Below, one piece after another: positions 26,404-38,898 of a stretch of DNA of 64,000 nt. Position 1 is the first letter of the stretch; every line of letters starts with the position of its first letter. Source of the DNA: Dimorphilus gyrociliatus (taxonomy: Eukaryota; Animalia; Annelida); contig CAJFCJ010000019.1 in NCBI GenBank assembly GCA_904063045.1, forward strand, positions 682,001 through 746,000. The letters run 5' to 3'. A program made the position numbers and the translations under genes. The notes under the pieces are model-generated. The model had not been told where the DNA came from. It saw only the letters and a list, made by a program, of their open reading frames with translations, and ran no database searches.

Positions 26404-26940
26404 ATGATGAATAACCTTCGCCTACTCTCGTTATTTTGTACATGTATATGTATATGTATCCAGCACGTGTCATGTCTCACGGATGAGGACGCGCCATATA
26501 TGTCGCAATTAAATAACCTAATGATGAAAGTAAACTGTAATTTAAAACTAAAGACATATAGTGATGATGAAGAAGTACATTCGTTCTGCCAAAAGCAACA
26601 TCCCTATTGTATGATGTCTCTTGTCGAAGGCGGTCAATGTGATAGTTGTTCTCAAGTCTGCAACAGTGAAGAAGTGTCGATACAGCAATGTAAAAATTAT
26701 TGCCCTGAAGCTTATAAATGGATGCAAGAGCAGAAATCTAAGAAACCCGATAATTCAAAACTTTCTCGGCCGATAATTTATGCAATAATAGGAACCTGCT
26801 TAATTCTAATTGCAGTGTTGTGCCTGGTTATAAGATCACTTAAAAAAAAAAAGATAGAAATTTGTTATCAAGCTAGAAAAATGGAGGAGGAAACTGGATG
26901 TGTCGCTAATGCGCAATTGGTTAATGGAGTTCATAACTAG
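26404..26940 (+). CDS. Small TNF-receptor-like type I membrane protein A (TACI/BCMA/Grindelwald-type Cys-rich domain), intronless
   Basis: Signal peptide, CDSCSQVCNSEEVSIQQCKNYCP (CxxCxxxC-x9-CxxxC), TM IIYAIIGTCLILIAVLCLVI, basic stop-transfer, short tail. Confidence 0.6.
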   Translation: MMNNLRLLSLFCTCICICIQHVSCLTDEDAPYMSQLNNLMMKVNCNLKLKTYSDDEEVHSFCQKQHPYCMMSLVEGGQCDSCSQVCNSEEVSIQQCKNYCPEAYKWMQEQKSKKPDNSKLSRPIIYAIIGTCLILIAVLCLVIRSLKKKKIEICYQARKMEEETGCVANAQLVNGVHN

Positions 26941-27072
26941 ATGTAAATTAAAAAAAATTAATTTCTTGTTGAATGATAGTGATAACCATGCAATAACCAT
27001 GTGAGTCACTGGTATGAATATTCAATGGACTTGCAGACAACTGACTGGCATTTGAGACCCAAAGTTCGAAAG

Positions 27073-27552
27073 ATGAACACGATTGAATTTCTTCTCATAC
27101 TCTTAAATCTAACCTGGTCTATAGCAGCAGACTGCGATTTGGCAAGTGACGAACAACCTGAGGATTGTAGATCTGACGTCATGATGTCACTATGTAAAAA
27201 AAGAGGCCCTTGCTATCCCTCACCAATTTCTTCGTGCACATGTCTCTCCTGCTTGGATATCTGTCGACATGATTCTAACGATGCTGATTCATGCAAGAAT
27301 TACTGCCCACACTATCTAGAGACCATTACCTATAAAACGAAAAATAAAACCGATAGCGTCGAAAAACTGGGTGATGAGGAAAACCAATGTCATATCAGGT
27401 TATTTATATACCCAGTCGTGATTTCAATTATCATTTTAGCGTTATTAATTGGGCTCTTTTTCTTTGGATGTTATTTGATTCGGTCTCACAAAAAACAGAA
27501 CAAAGATATTCAATATCTCATTGACTTAAACAAAATAGCAAACCAATTATAG
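27073..27552 (+). CDS. Small TNF-receptor-like type I membrane protein B, tandem paralogue of A, intronless
   Basis: ATG 27073 gives signal peptide MNTIEFLLILLNLTWSIAA. CLSCLDICRHDSNDADSCKNYCP has the same Cys spacing and CKNYCP motif as A. TM IYPVVISIIILALLIGLFFFGCYLI. Confidence 0.6.
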   Translation: MNTIEFLLILLNLTWSIAADCDLASDEQPEDCRSDVMMSLCKKRGPCYPSPISSCTCLSCLDICRHDSNDADSCKNYCPHYLETITYKTKNKTDSVEKLGDEENQCHIRLFIYPVVISIIILALLIGLFFFGCYLIRSHKKQNKDIQYLIDLNKIANQL

Positions 27553-27595
27553 TTGCTCAAAAATATTCTTTATTGTAAAATTTAACAAAGATGAA

Positions 27596-29966
27596 TTAAA
27601 TATGCTTGTCCTTCAGACTTTTAGGTTGAATCTGCAATACGAAAAAATCAGTTGCTATAATTGCTATAAATTTATATATATATATATATATATGTGTGTA
27701 TAATATAATAGGAAATATTTACTGTATTGTGAAGTTGATGGAAGAAATTAGAAGAGCTTAATCTTTTATCACTATTCTCTTTGATAACATTTATATTTTT
27801 ATTGCCAGCAGCTTGTTTTGTGAGTTCTGCTAAGGCACTCTTTTTCGTGACTTTTTTATTCTTTTCTAGTTTTTCTTTTCGTACTTTTTTAAGATGTTGA
27901 ACTTTCTTCTTTAAACGTCTATCTCGTTTCCTGTCTGTTGTTGTTTTTTCCAATGATGATTTTATGTCTCCTTTTCTTTTCATCTATAAACAAATAGGAT
28001 ATTTTAAAAAAATTATTACTTGATGTAATAGTAATACATACTGATATTTCTTCTGGTGCCATCTGACTAACATCGGTCTTGGTTACTGGAGCAACTTCTT
28101 CAGCATGAATGGTTGATTGATTGGTTATAATTTTTATATCAGGAGCCGCCTAAGAAACATATATGCTCATCAGTATAGAAAAGGACAAACTAGATTTATG
28201 AGTTACTGGTTTTGGTATAAATCTTGAATCTGAAAGAGCATCTAACTTGCCAAACAACGATTGCATATCATCTTTGATTTCCTTGCGGACAGGGTCTTCT
28301 CTTTCATCCTCCTCAATGCTCTGTCCCGTCTACATATCAGGGCGAACAGTTAAAACAGATTAAAACATAATAATGAACACACCTGTTTCAAGTATTCTTC
28401 TGCATATATTTCAGCAAGACTTTTGGTGCTCTTCCCTTGGTCCAAAACAATCTTATTTTTATAGTCATCTATATTTTCAATTTTCTTTACCTGTAATTTT
28501 TTAAATATTTGTTAATACAAGATTCAATCAAATCATTACGGTTTACTTTTCTTTCGACATCATCGAAAAATTTATCTTTAATTCTTTGTTTAATTAGAGT
28601 TTCAATTGATAGGTTGTCTTCTTCTGTCATCTCTCCAGAAGGTTTAGCAGAAACATCAAAGTCTAAATGCTCTTGTAGCAATGAATTTTCAGGTCGAGCT
28701 TTCGCTGCTACTTCACCCTTTAATTGCCAAGGTTTTTCTGCTAAATTAGTTTCTTCGAGATTTTGTATCATTCCTTTCATCTATTTTAGAATTAAATATG
28801 GAATTCTTTATTCTTTTTTAATAGTTTTGATTGATTAAAATACTTTTTCATTTCTTTTTTCGAAAGAAGATTTTTTAACTTGCTTTCCTAAAATATCAGA
28901 AGCATCTTCGCCGTCACTATCGGATGCTAAAAGATCTTTTCCTCTGAAATGACAAAGTTTTAATTTTAAATTCATTTTCAAGAGTTTGAATATAGATACC
29001 ACCTCTTTTCTTCATTTATATCATCACTATCTAAGTCCTCCATCTCTTCATCTTCATTGCCTTCATTGTCTAATTCTCGTAATTCAGCGTCATCGTCGTC
29101 CTCGTCACTTGCAGAGACTAGAATATCTTTTAACCTAAAGGCATAAAAAGGAATTGTTCATTTTCGTTACAAATATCCTAATCGAAATAAGCAACAGTTT
29201 CATTCAATGCTATTATTTGTTCAAGAACTTAAATGAACATATTATAAAAGTAAATAATTACTTTTCTTCTTCATCGCTTTCTTCTAAATCTGAATCGCCC
29301 TCTAAATCCTCTTCGTTTTCAGGAAGTTTTAGTTCGTCTTCATTTTCACGCATATCGTCATCTTTTTCCTCTTCTACTTCTGAGGAAAGTTCATCTTCCC
29401 CTCTAAATAAAAAATAGTTTTTTTTCTAAATTGGGAAGATATATTCAACTTTTGAAACGTACTCATCTTGTTTTTTCGAAATAGGAGAGGTCTCAGTTTC
29501 CATTTCCTCATCCCCTTCTTTATCTTCATCTTCACTCTCTTCTAGTTCACCGTTAACACTACAGTCTTCTATGCTTTCTTCTAATGATAAATTTTCATGT
29601 TTCTTAAGATATAATTCATTATACAGCTCAATTTGTTGCCAAATTTGTTCATCAGTAAAATCGTCTATATAAAGTTTATCAACACACTGCCCACTGGGCA
29701 GAGCAATTTTGTAATTCCAATCATATAGAATCTTTGTATTTTTAATGAAAGTTAAGGCAGCCGAATTCTGAGGTCTGTAGAAATGAATTTAAAACTCTAA
29801 GCAACTTAGAATCAAGTCTCAATTTTAAAACCTTCACTAGAAAATTCGGGTTTTTTTCTATCACAATTATGATTATTTACCTTAAAAAATTTTCCGATTT
29901 GCCGGTTAAATTCGTAACAGAGTCTATTAATTTCGAAAAGCTAAGCACATGTTTAGCTGAAGCCAT
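27596..29966 (-). CDS. MPHOSPH10: U3 snoRNP protein MPP10, multi-exon (last exon/stop approximate)
   Basis: N-terminal TGKSENFL, acidic middle region, LAEKPWQLKGEVAAKARPENSLLQEHLDFD, IKQRIKDKFFDDVERK, Lys/Arg-rich C-terminus with SSNFFHQL. Confidence 0.92.
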
Positions 29967-30079
29967 TTTACCTACAATACGAATCGTTTCGGAAATATCA
30001 AAATGTATGTTTTTCGAACCAGACTTCCGGAACTCATCATATCTTCGTGACTAGTTATAGTAACCGAAACAAAATAACA
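29967..30079. promoter_or_regulatory. Minimal bidirectional promoter MPHOSPH10/PSMD12 with ETS-type site
   Basis: 113 nt between divergent ATGs. ACTTCCGGAA at 30023-30032 contains the palindrome TTCCGGAA. Confidence 0.55.
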
Positions 30080-32189
30080 ATGGGGGACGACGGTAAATTG
30101 CAAAAAATGGAAGTGGATTACTCTTCCACTGTAGACGAAAAGATTCCTGAGTGCGAAAAACTGGCTAAGGTATTTATTAAAGCAAAGTAGAGATTAAAAT
30201 GGCCTCTTTTAAATTGATATCTTTATTTCGTGCTTTGTCATGCTAGTTTTTATCTTTCAGAATGGAAAACTTAATGAGGCTATTGAGATTTTACTATCAT
30301 TGGAGAAACAAACTCGCACCGTAAGTAATTTTTCCAATTAAAAATATAGATCGGTTTAATTTCAACAAATTCTCAATGATCACAAATCTTTCTTACAAAT
30401 ATATATTTTTAACTAAATTGTATTCTATCAATCAATTTCTTAGCGTAAACAAATAATTTTTATCAATTATTCCTTGTTAACGTTGAATTTTTTAAAACGA
30501 AATAGTTTTGTTTGAAAATATAATATTTTCATATTAAATATATACTTTCAGGGTGCTGATATGCATTCAACGGCTAAAATTTTAATTGCAATTGTTCGAA
30601 TGTGTTTTGAGCAAAAAAAGTGGGATTTATTAAATGAGAATATACTAACTTTGACAAAACGACGAGGACAATTGAAACAAGTTTGTTTCTGGAATATCTT
30701 ATTTGATTGCAAACTATAAACTATAATAAAATTAATAAACAGGCAGTAACGAAAATGGTACAAGAAGCAATGACTTATCTTGACAAAACCCCATCTTTAA
30801 ACATAAAGCTGAAACTAATTGATACTTTAAGGACAGTAACTGCCGGAAAAGTCTGTACTAATTAAGATGTTTCGTAAATTATACAAATAATATATAATTG
30901 TTATTAATGCTATAGATTTATGTTGAGATTGAGAGAGCTCGTCTTACCAGAATCTTGGCAAAAATTAGAGAAGATCAAGGCGATATTAATGAAGCTGCTA
31001 CGATTCTTCAAGAACTCCAAGTAGAAACATACGGTTCTATGGAAAAGCGCGAAAAAGTTGAGTTCATATTGGAACAAATGCGCCTCTGTTTGGCCAAGAA
31101 AGATTATATTAGAACCCAGATTATATCCAAGAAAGTTAGTTCTAAATTCTTTGATGAGAAAACCGAAGATTTAAAAATAAAATTCTACGAATTAATGATT
31201 GAATTGGACGAGCATCACCAGTCATATTTGGCAATTTGTAAGCACTATAGACAACTCTTGCAAACAAAAGCAATTCAAGAAATGACAGCTAAGAGAAATG
31301 ATGTAATTTTTTTCTCTATGTTTGTGCTTTTAGAATCTTTAAATTCTTTTTGAAATTCAGATGATCAAGGCCTCAGTTCTTTACTTGATATTGGCTCCTT
31401 TCGATAACGAACAGTCGGATTTAATACATCGCGTTAAAGGAGAAAAAGAATTAACTACTGTACCTGAATACAAGTATAATTTTACAAAGAGTTTTCCTAT
31501 CATTTACTAAAAAACAATGCATGTAAAATTTCAGGAAATTGATAGAATTTTTCACCACCGATGAATTGATGAGGTGGACTGAAATCAAGCGTGATTTCGA
31601 ATCAGAATTGACCAGCGGAACAGCAGGAAGTTCAGCAGCAGCCATTTTCAATACTAAAACCGATCAGGGTACTTCTAGATGGAAAGATTTCAAAGTTCGA
31701 ATTGTCGAACATGTAAGTAAAAGTGCTAAATATGAAAATTTTGTATAATTTAGTTTACCAATTGTTTGTTTCTTTTTACTTGTAAAGAATATAAGAGTAA
31801 TGGCTCAATACTATGTCAGAGTTACACTTAAGCGAATGGCTGAATTGTTAGAATTGACGGAAGCCGTAAGTTTTGAAAAATTAATTTCCATAAATTCTTT
31901 ACGGAAGAGTTTGACTTTTAGGAAGCGGAAGAATTTCTCTCAAACCTTGTAGTGAATAAGACAGTCTCGGCGAAAATTGATAGACTGGATGGAATAGTCC
32001 AGTTTAGGTAGGATTTTCTCTGAGTAAGAATTTAATAAGCTAATATATTATTCTAATATTTTTAGTTCGGCTAAGGATCCAAATAGTATATTGAATGATT
32101 GGAATCATAGCGTCGTACAGTTAATGAATCACATAAACAAAGCAACTCATCTTATAACTAAAGAACAAATGGTACACAAAGTAAAATGA
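30080..32189 (+). CDS. PSMD12: 26S proteasome lid subunit Rpn5, multi-exon
   Basis: [100 protein letters not shown]. Confidence 0.96.
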
Positions 32190-32363
32190 TAAGTTTCAGA
32201 GTTGTAAAACCTTTTTGTAAAGTTACGATTGATATCGAATAAACGATTAATATCGAAGTTTTAATTTGGAGCATTTTTAAAGAGCATTTTATAAGCTAAG
32301 AGCGTTTACGATTCTGTTAAAGAATTGAAAGGCTTTGGAATTGACAAATAAAAAAACATAAAT

Positions 32364-34090
32364 TTAACAGTAAAAAAATAATTCGGGTATTTGACCACCA
32401 TGGACACCAGTTCCATTCGTTGATTCAGGGGAAGTTCTGAACGTAAAAGTAACACCAGCAGATGTCCTTACTTCACTAGCACCCTCCTGTCCAAAGTAAG
32501 ACAAATCCGTGCCGTCCAAAAGAACGCTGATTGTATAAACAGCACCAGGCAAAAGTGTTAATGGATGATGAAGATTTATAGAGAGGGGAGTGACTGTTCC
32601 ACTTGTCCTTAAAGATGTGTCTACTCTGGACAATAAGACGCTTGATGCATTTCCACTTACTTGCTTAACTTCCAATCGAACGTCGTAACTTGATGGGTCA
32701 GAATTACTACTTCCATATAACCCAACACCAGTCAGCCAAATCTTTTTATCGACTGAGACAGTAATTGCATCAATACGACCTCTGTACCGCCATTGATTAG
32801 ACCTAAATGCTGCTGCAGCAAATCTAGTAACTCTATGTCTTGGTAAGCCGCATCTTGATTTTGAACTGAATTTGGAGACTAGTACATCGTCCTCATTTAT
32901 TTGCTGTTGTTGCTGACTGCCGGTTAGAATGATAAATATGTCGACCGTTTCTTGTAGACTTAATATTCCAGATTTAGCGACAATGTCAGCGAATAATTGA
33001 ACAGGCATAGCTGCCAAACGAACGTTATAGATGCTTTCGCCTAAAAGTTGTCTAATATTTTGACCAGTTTCCTCTAAAGATTGCCTAATACATTCGGCTT
33101 CAGCCCAAGCGACAGTCGCCTTCCAGACAGTAATCTCGTTAACGACAAGCGTATCCCTACAAAGTATTGCATCTAGAGTTCCCTTGTCCACTTCACATAT
33201 ACCATTACTGCTGAGGGCTTCCTCGGCTTGAATATCAATAACCTGCCAACATCTGGAGGCTAATTCATTTTCATCTAAAAGACGTGCTCTACTTAATAAT
33301 AAAGCAGCGTTTTCTGCCGTTAATTGCGTCTGTTGAAATGTAGATTTTTCTTTATAAATTGATAAAATATTCAAATGTTTAGAATGATTTACCTCTAAAT
33401 AAGAGACGCATCTTCGAGCTAGTATAGAGACCATGTACTTTTTGGCTGCATAAAGAGTATCTAATACTAAATTGGCTTCAACCTCCATTTCATCACAATA
33501 TAAATATCTATAAAAGCCATTAATTAATTAAATTGACGTGAATAAATTATTTAAAACATAAGAAAATAAAGTTATTTAACTGTTTTAAATTACCTGAGTA
33601 AATTCAGGAAAGCATGCGGTTCAACGTCTGACACTTCTATAACATTCTGTGACGTTGATTCGGATACTTGAGCAAGTGTTCCATAAAACATTGCGTGGAA
33701 TACAGAGCTCCCAGTGGCTAAAACATATTTATGAGCTGGTATGGATTTGACGTTTGGAGGAGTGCCCACTTCAAAATGAACATCAGCCATTAATTCAGTA
33801 TTGAAGACTGCCGCATTGCGTTCTCGTACTGTCGATTTACTTGCCAATTGCCATGAACTATTTGATTCGTAGTCTGTTGAAGAGTACGAGTTACTTTGAA
33901 GGGGTTCAGAATCAACTTCTCCCCCCCAGATTTTTACATGAGTCGAAAACGTTTCACTAAGTATTTCTTGATTCACTTCTCCTTCGCTTTCTTGATCCTC
34001 CAACTCGTCATCACCATCTTCTGCGCTATCCGCTGGCAAATTAGTAGTTTTATCCATCGGCATCCCGTAGTGAACACAACCAGCTGACAT
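32364..34090 (-). CDS. BTBD3/BTBD6: BTB-BACK-PHR domain protein (BTBD3/BTBD6 family; exons 34090-33594, 33507-33393, 33329-32364)
   Basis: RERNAAVFNTELMADVHFEVG, IPAHKYVLATGSSVFHAMFYG, LYAAKKY, NQWRYRGRIDAI, ESTNGTGVHGGQIPELFFYC. Confidence 0.9.
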
Positions 34091-36046
34091 CTCGAATGTA
34101 ATCTACATGAAAAATTAATGAAATTTTGCAGGTCGTTCCTTCGCTTGCATATTAACTATTCATTGATTTTATGAGTGAATAATTTATCTCTAGAGAATAA
34201 ATGCGATCAATTCTGATTCGTATCGAAATTAATATACTGTTTACAACGCCATGTTCGTAAGGTCTGTTTCCCGCCCTTCGCTTGCTAAGGGTATTTCTGG
34301 GTTGGAGGGCGTAACCAGTCTCTAATCTTTAAGACAATAAACCAATAATAAACGTGTCGTTAAAAGAATAAAAGTACTATCGAACTATATAAATCACTAA
34401 AATTACTGGAACAAAAATAAAATAGAACATAAAAAAAAACCAATTGTTTTCAAATCAAAGAAATAGAAACTTTTCCAACATTCCATACATTTCTGTTTAC
34501 AATCTTAAATAACAAAATGTCAATTTGAATATTATACAATTGATTTGTTGGAGAAGGGAATGTCTGTTAAAAAAATAAAAAAGAATAGAATAAAATGAAT
34601 ATTGTTCTATAAATAGAATTAAATATTTTTTTATTATTTTAAGTAAAAGAAAATTCATGGCCTAAGAAATCAAGGACTTAAAAGATAAGAAAAAAAATAA
34701 GCTGTTTAATCATTAATAAATATACCATACATATATATTTACGTATATATAGATATATTGTATATGAAAGTATAGAATATAAAAGTGTATAAATAGTTCA
34801 TCTACACACCAAAAATATGGAATATTAAACATTAATTACATAAAATATAAAAAAGAATATTTATATCATTATCTTTGTTTACATATCTTTTTTTTTTCTT
34901 TCAGGAAAATTTGTTCTTTAATTCTTCTTGGAATTTTATTACGTAAAGAAAAAAACAATATTATCACCTAGAACAATAACAAGCTCGTGGGAATGTATAT
35001 ATACAAATATATATATATATATATATTTAAAGAAACTGTCCTACTTTTAAGACATATTTAAGTTGACCTCTCAAATGATATAGAAAGTATTTTTGTAAAT
35101 TTTTATACTTGCTTTTTAAAGAGTACAAAATGTTTTGAAAGGTAAAAAGAGAGAGAGAGAGAGTGCGGTTGAGGGAAAAATAACAAAGAGAAAAAGACAT
35201 ATAAAGCCTAATTTTAATAAATACAACTCAATTAAAAAATATAATAATCTATAAATTGATACGAATGTATAATTTCTTCTAGCAATCTCTCCCTAATATA
35301 ACAATTTTATGAATATTTTTGTCGCATTCTTACACTTTTTTTTTAATAAAAAAAAATTCCATAATTTTTTAAATTCTACCATAAAAGTTTCCTTATCTTT
35401 ATAATAAGTATTTTATTTTTTAATTAAAATACTTAAAAAAAAAAGAAAGAAGCTTAGTATTTAAAAAAAGTGGACTGCAATATCTAATAACATCTTATCT
35501 TATGGTCTGTCAAACAGGAAAGTACTGTTTGATACTTTTAAAAATTGGTTCTTAAAATTTTCTTTTCCAAAGTTCTATTTGTTTCTTGGACATTAATTAC
35601 TATTTTATCTATATTTCTCTCCATTTTCCATGTTTTCTCTATTGTATATTGATACTAAATTATCATTGATTTGAACAATAAAAATCTTATATTCAGTAAA
35701 ATTCAAAAGTTCACCCTATCTTGATTCTTTTTCTTTTTTTATATTGTAGTATCTTATCTATAGACTAACGGTCAAAAGAAATATTAATTAGTAGTTTAAT
35801 GATTATTTTACTCATGCGTATGAAAAACAAGTGACACTTGAATTTTTTTCAATTGAAACATGTTCACTATATCTAGTTGTTAACATGCTCCTACATCGTA
35901 TAATGATACATAATAATCTTAGGGCTATATTTTATAATATTTAAAATTAAAGTGTTATCTAAATCTAGATAATTGAAGTATTTACCAAGATTGCAGTTTG
36001 AATAGAAACAGTATTCAGTCTTAATTGTAACATTGAACAGCTGACG

Positions 36047-37303
36047 ATGAAAGTTAGAAACAAATATATTCAAATAAATAATTCCTTTTATTGTTTTTAT
36101 TCTATTTTCCAGTTTTTTATAACATTTGCTGTTTTCATTTGCTTTTCCCAAATTGCAAGTGGAAATAGAGCTTTACCCGTGAGAACCCAAAGTGAAATAG
36201 TTAAGGTTTTGGATGATATCTTCCGAAGCAGAGACCTAGTATGAACATATTTTATATTTTGATATTCATTAGTCTATTTACTTTTTGTATTATTTAGAAA
36301 TGGGACCAAACAAACTATTTGGTGAATAGAGCTGGATTTCTCGCCAACTGCGGTCATTTTGAAGGAACCGAAAAATTAGAATCAGTGAATCTTCCAGCTA
36401 AAGATTCTTACGTAAACACTCAATCGGGTATGAAACTGCAAGTAGAAATTGACACTGAAGCTGTTGATTCTGAATCAGTTCATTCCGAAATAATGAGAGA
36501 TACAAGAAGATGGGATAGACTTTGGGACTGGTCTAACCGTCAATACGATCAGATTTTGGCCCAGGTAGTTTGAAAGTTCAAATAACTCAAAAAAACAAAA
36601 TTCTTTTATTATCATGTTTCGAATTTAGGCTAGAGGTATGCGACATGTTGGCTGTGCTATTCAACCTTATTGCCAAAGATCTCGGGCGGGTAGTCGTTGG
36701 CTTCACCTCGTCTGTTTATTTGCTGAGGATCAAGTGTAAATGACGATATCATAGTTTATACAACTCTTGTTGAAGTATTATATTTTTTTTATTTATCTTT
36801 TTAATAGAATAAGCATAGAATCGATTAGAAGACGTAGCAGAAGAGAAGTAGGTGACGAGTTCCCCAGTGGTCGTCGTGTACCTTCCGCACCATTCAATTC
36901 TTTGAATGACGCAGCCAGAGCATTCACCGAAGAAAATCGAAAGAGTGCCGAAATAAACTTTAGACCATTGAATGTGAGAGGTTATCTCCGATGGGAAGCC
37001 TATTTAGAAAATCTTAGTGGAACTATTTTCTCCTGTAGTTCAAGAGAGAGAGAGAGTAACAAATTAAGACTTGAGAGACAAGATTCAAGATACAATGTAT
37101 TTTTCGGAAATTCTCCAAACGATCGATCAGATACAGATAGAAGTATTGACGATTCTATTCGGGATGTACTTGTCGAAGCTGAAAGAGGAAGAGGAAATAC
37201 ATTCAGAACAGTTGGATGTTGCATGGGTCATTGCGAATTAAGAGGAGATAGAAGAGCAGTAACAGATCCAACAGAAGTTTGGGTTGCTTGCATATTCGAG
37301 TAA
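36047..37303 (+). CDS. Secreted protein with two divergent CAP/SCP-like domains separated by a furin site (exons 36047-52, 36113-238, 36298-564, 36629-735, 36808-37303)
   Basis: Signal peptide. Domain 1: L|KWD...FLANCGH...YDQILAQ|ARGMRHVGCA...C...LVCLF. RRRSRR linker. Domain 2: LRWEAYLENLS...RTVGCCMGHC...WVACIF. All splice phases are compatible. The 3' end could alternatively splice at 37299. Confidence 0.6.
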
Positions 37304-37572
37304 GTATATTTTTTATTTTTCAGTTAAACTATTTATAGAAACAGAAAGAAGCGATTATTCTTATCTTGTTCTTAGTTTCTTGTACGAAAGATTTCATGAT
37401 TGATAATGTTTTTTTTTTTGTTTTTCTTATTTAGAAACTAAAGAACTATAAAAAGTAAAATATTAAGAATATATAAGAAAATTAGCTATCTTATTAAAAA
37501 GAAAAGAAGTTTAATAGACTTTTATCTTAAAATTATCATTGTAATTTTGAATAAATTGTATTTTTTGAACCT

Positions 37573-38898
37573 TCAAACTTTAACTAATTGCTTTCCGACA
37601 TTTTTTCCCGACATCATATCGCAAAATGCTTTACCAATATTTTCGAAACCAATTGTTATTGATTCTTTAGTTTTTATCTTATTCTCCTTATACATCTCTA
37701 TTAGTTTATCTCTTGCATCTGCAAATTGTTCAGGATAGTCCAGCACCAAGTACCTCTCTCTAGTAATATTTCTTTCTTTCATTATTCTTTCAATTGCCGG
37801 AGACAAGGGTGATGGATAGGGAACGTCTTTGTTATAATTTGCTATTTCTCCGCATAGTACTGCATGAGAGTTGTCATTCATATGGCTAATAACATTTTCT
37901 GTAATTGATCCTCCAACATTATCAAAATAAACATCAATCTTGTTCGGGCACAGCTCCTTCAATCTTTCCATTACATTCTCCATTCTATAATTTATTGCTG
38001 CCGTAAAACCAAGCTCTTCCGTTAATATTCTACACTTTTCATCGGATCCACAAATGCCAATGACCGTCGTTGAACCCCAATTCTTAGCAACCTGTATCAT
38101 CAAAATATTAATCGGTTATTCTAGATAATAAGATATTGTTAAAATAAGAACTATTTTCTTGAAACTACCTGTCCTGCTATCGAACCGCACGAACCGGCTG
38201 CTCCACTTATGACACAAGTACTATTTGGCTTCACGAAACCCTTCTCTTTTAGGCCTATATAAGCTGTCATTCCAGCTATTCCTAAAAGGCTGATATATGA
38301 GGTTAAATTATCGGCTTCGACATCTTTCTTATCAATTGTGCGGAGAAAAATGGAATGGGGGGCTTCAGCGTCAAGGACAAAGATTTTTTTCCATTGCCAA
38401 TGTAAAAGATTATGGATGACGTCACCTTTCTTATAATTGGGATGGGCGCTCTCTTCGACAATACCAATTCCTTCAAATCCGTCGAGAGTTTCATTTAATT
38501 GCCATGGTTCTGTATAGTCAACACCCGTATCGAGGTTCATACGACATCTCTGAGTAGTATATAATTAATCTTATATGAAATATCAATAAATTTAGACAGA
38601 TCTTAAAAAGAAAAACAAATTAAGGGATATAAGTGATATTAACCAAAGCAGGGTCGGTCGATATATAGAGTGATTTAACGAGTAGTTTCCCTTCCGTTAA
38701 TTCGTCCTTAGATGGGAGCAAAGTCCTCTCACATCGAAAATTTTCAGCCGTCGGTGTCCCATCGGTTCCTGGACGGTTATTTAACACAATATGATAATTA
38801 TCCACCTCGCTAGAGGTAGATGAGAAGTACCTATTAAAAAAATTCCAATTCGTTCCTCTATTACGTGCTAATCTAAGGGTCAATTTAGCTCCATACAT
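37573..38898 (-). CDS. PTGR2: Prostaglandin reductase 2-like MDR oxidoreductase (exons 38898-38644, 38549-38169, 38091-37573)
   Basis: VLNNRPGTDGTP, VKSLYISTDP, VISGAAGSCGSIAGQ, GICGSDEKC, GFTAAINY, DVYFDNVGG, VLCGEIANYN, AFCDMMSGKNVGKQLVKV. Confidence 0.88.

Noticed and set aside
27560-27640. MPP10 last exon lacks the usual terminal KL-type ending (reads IQPKSLKDKHI*)
   Set aside because: I cannot distinguish divergence from a mis-chosen acceptor or a sequence error without transcript data.
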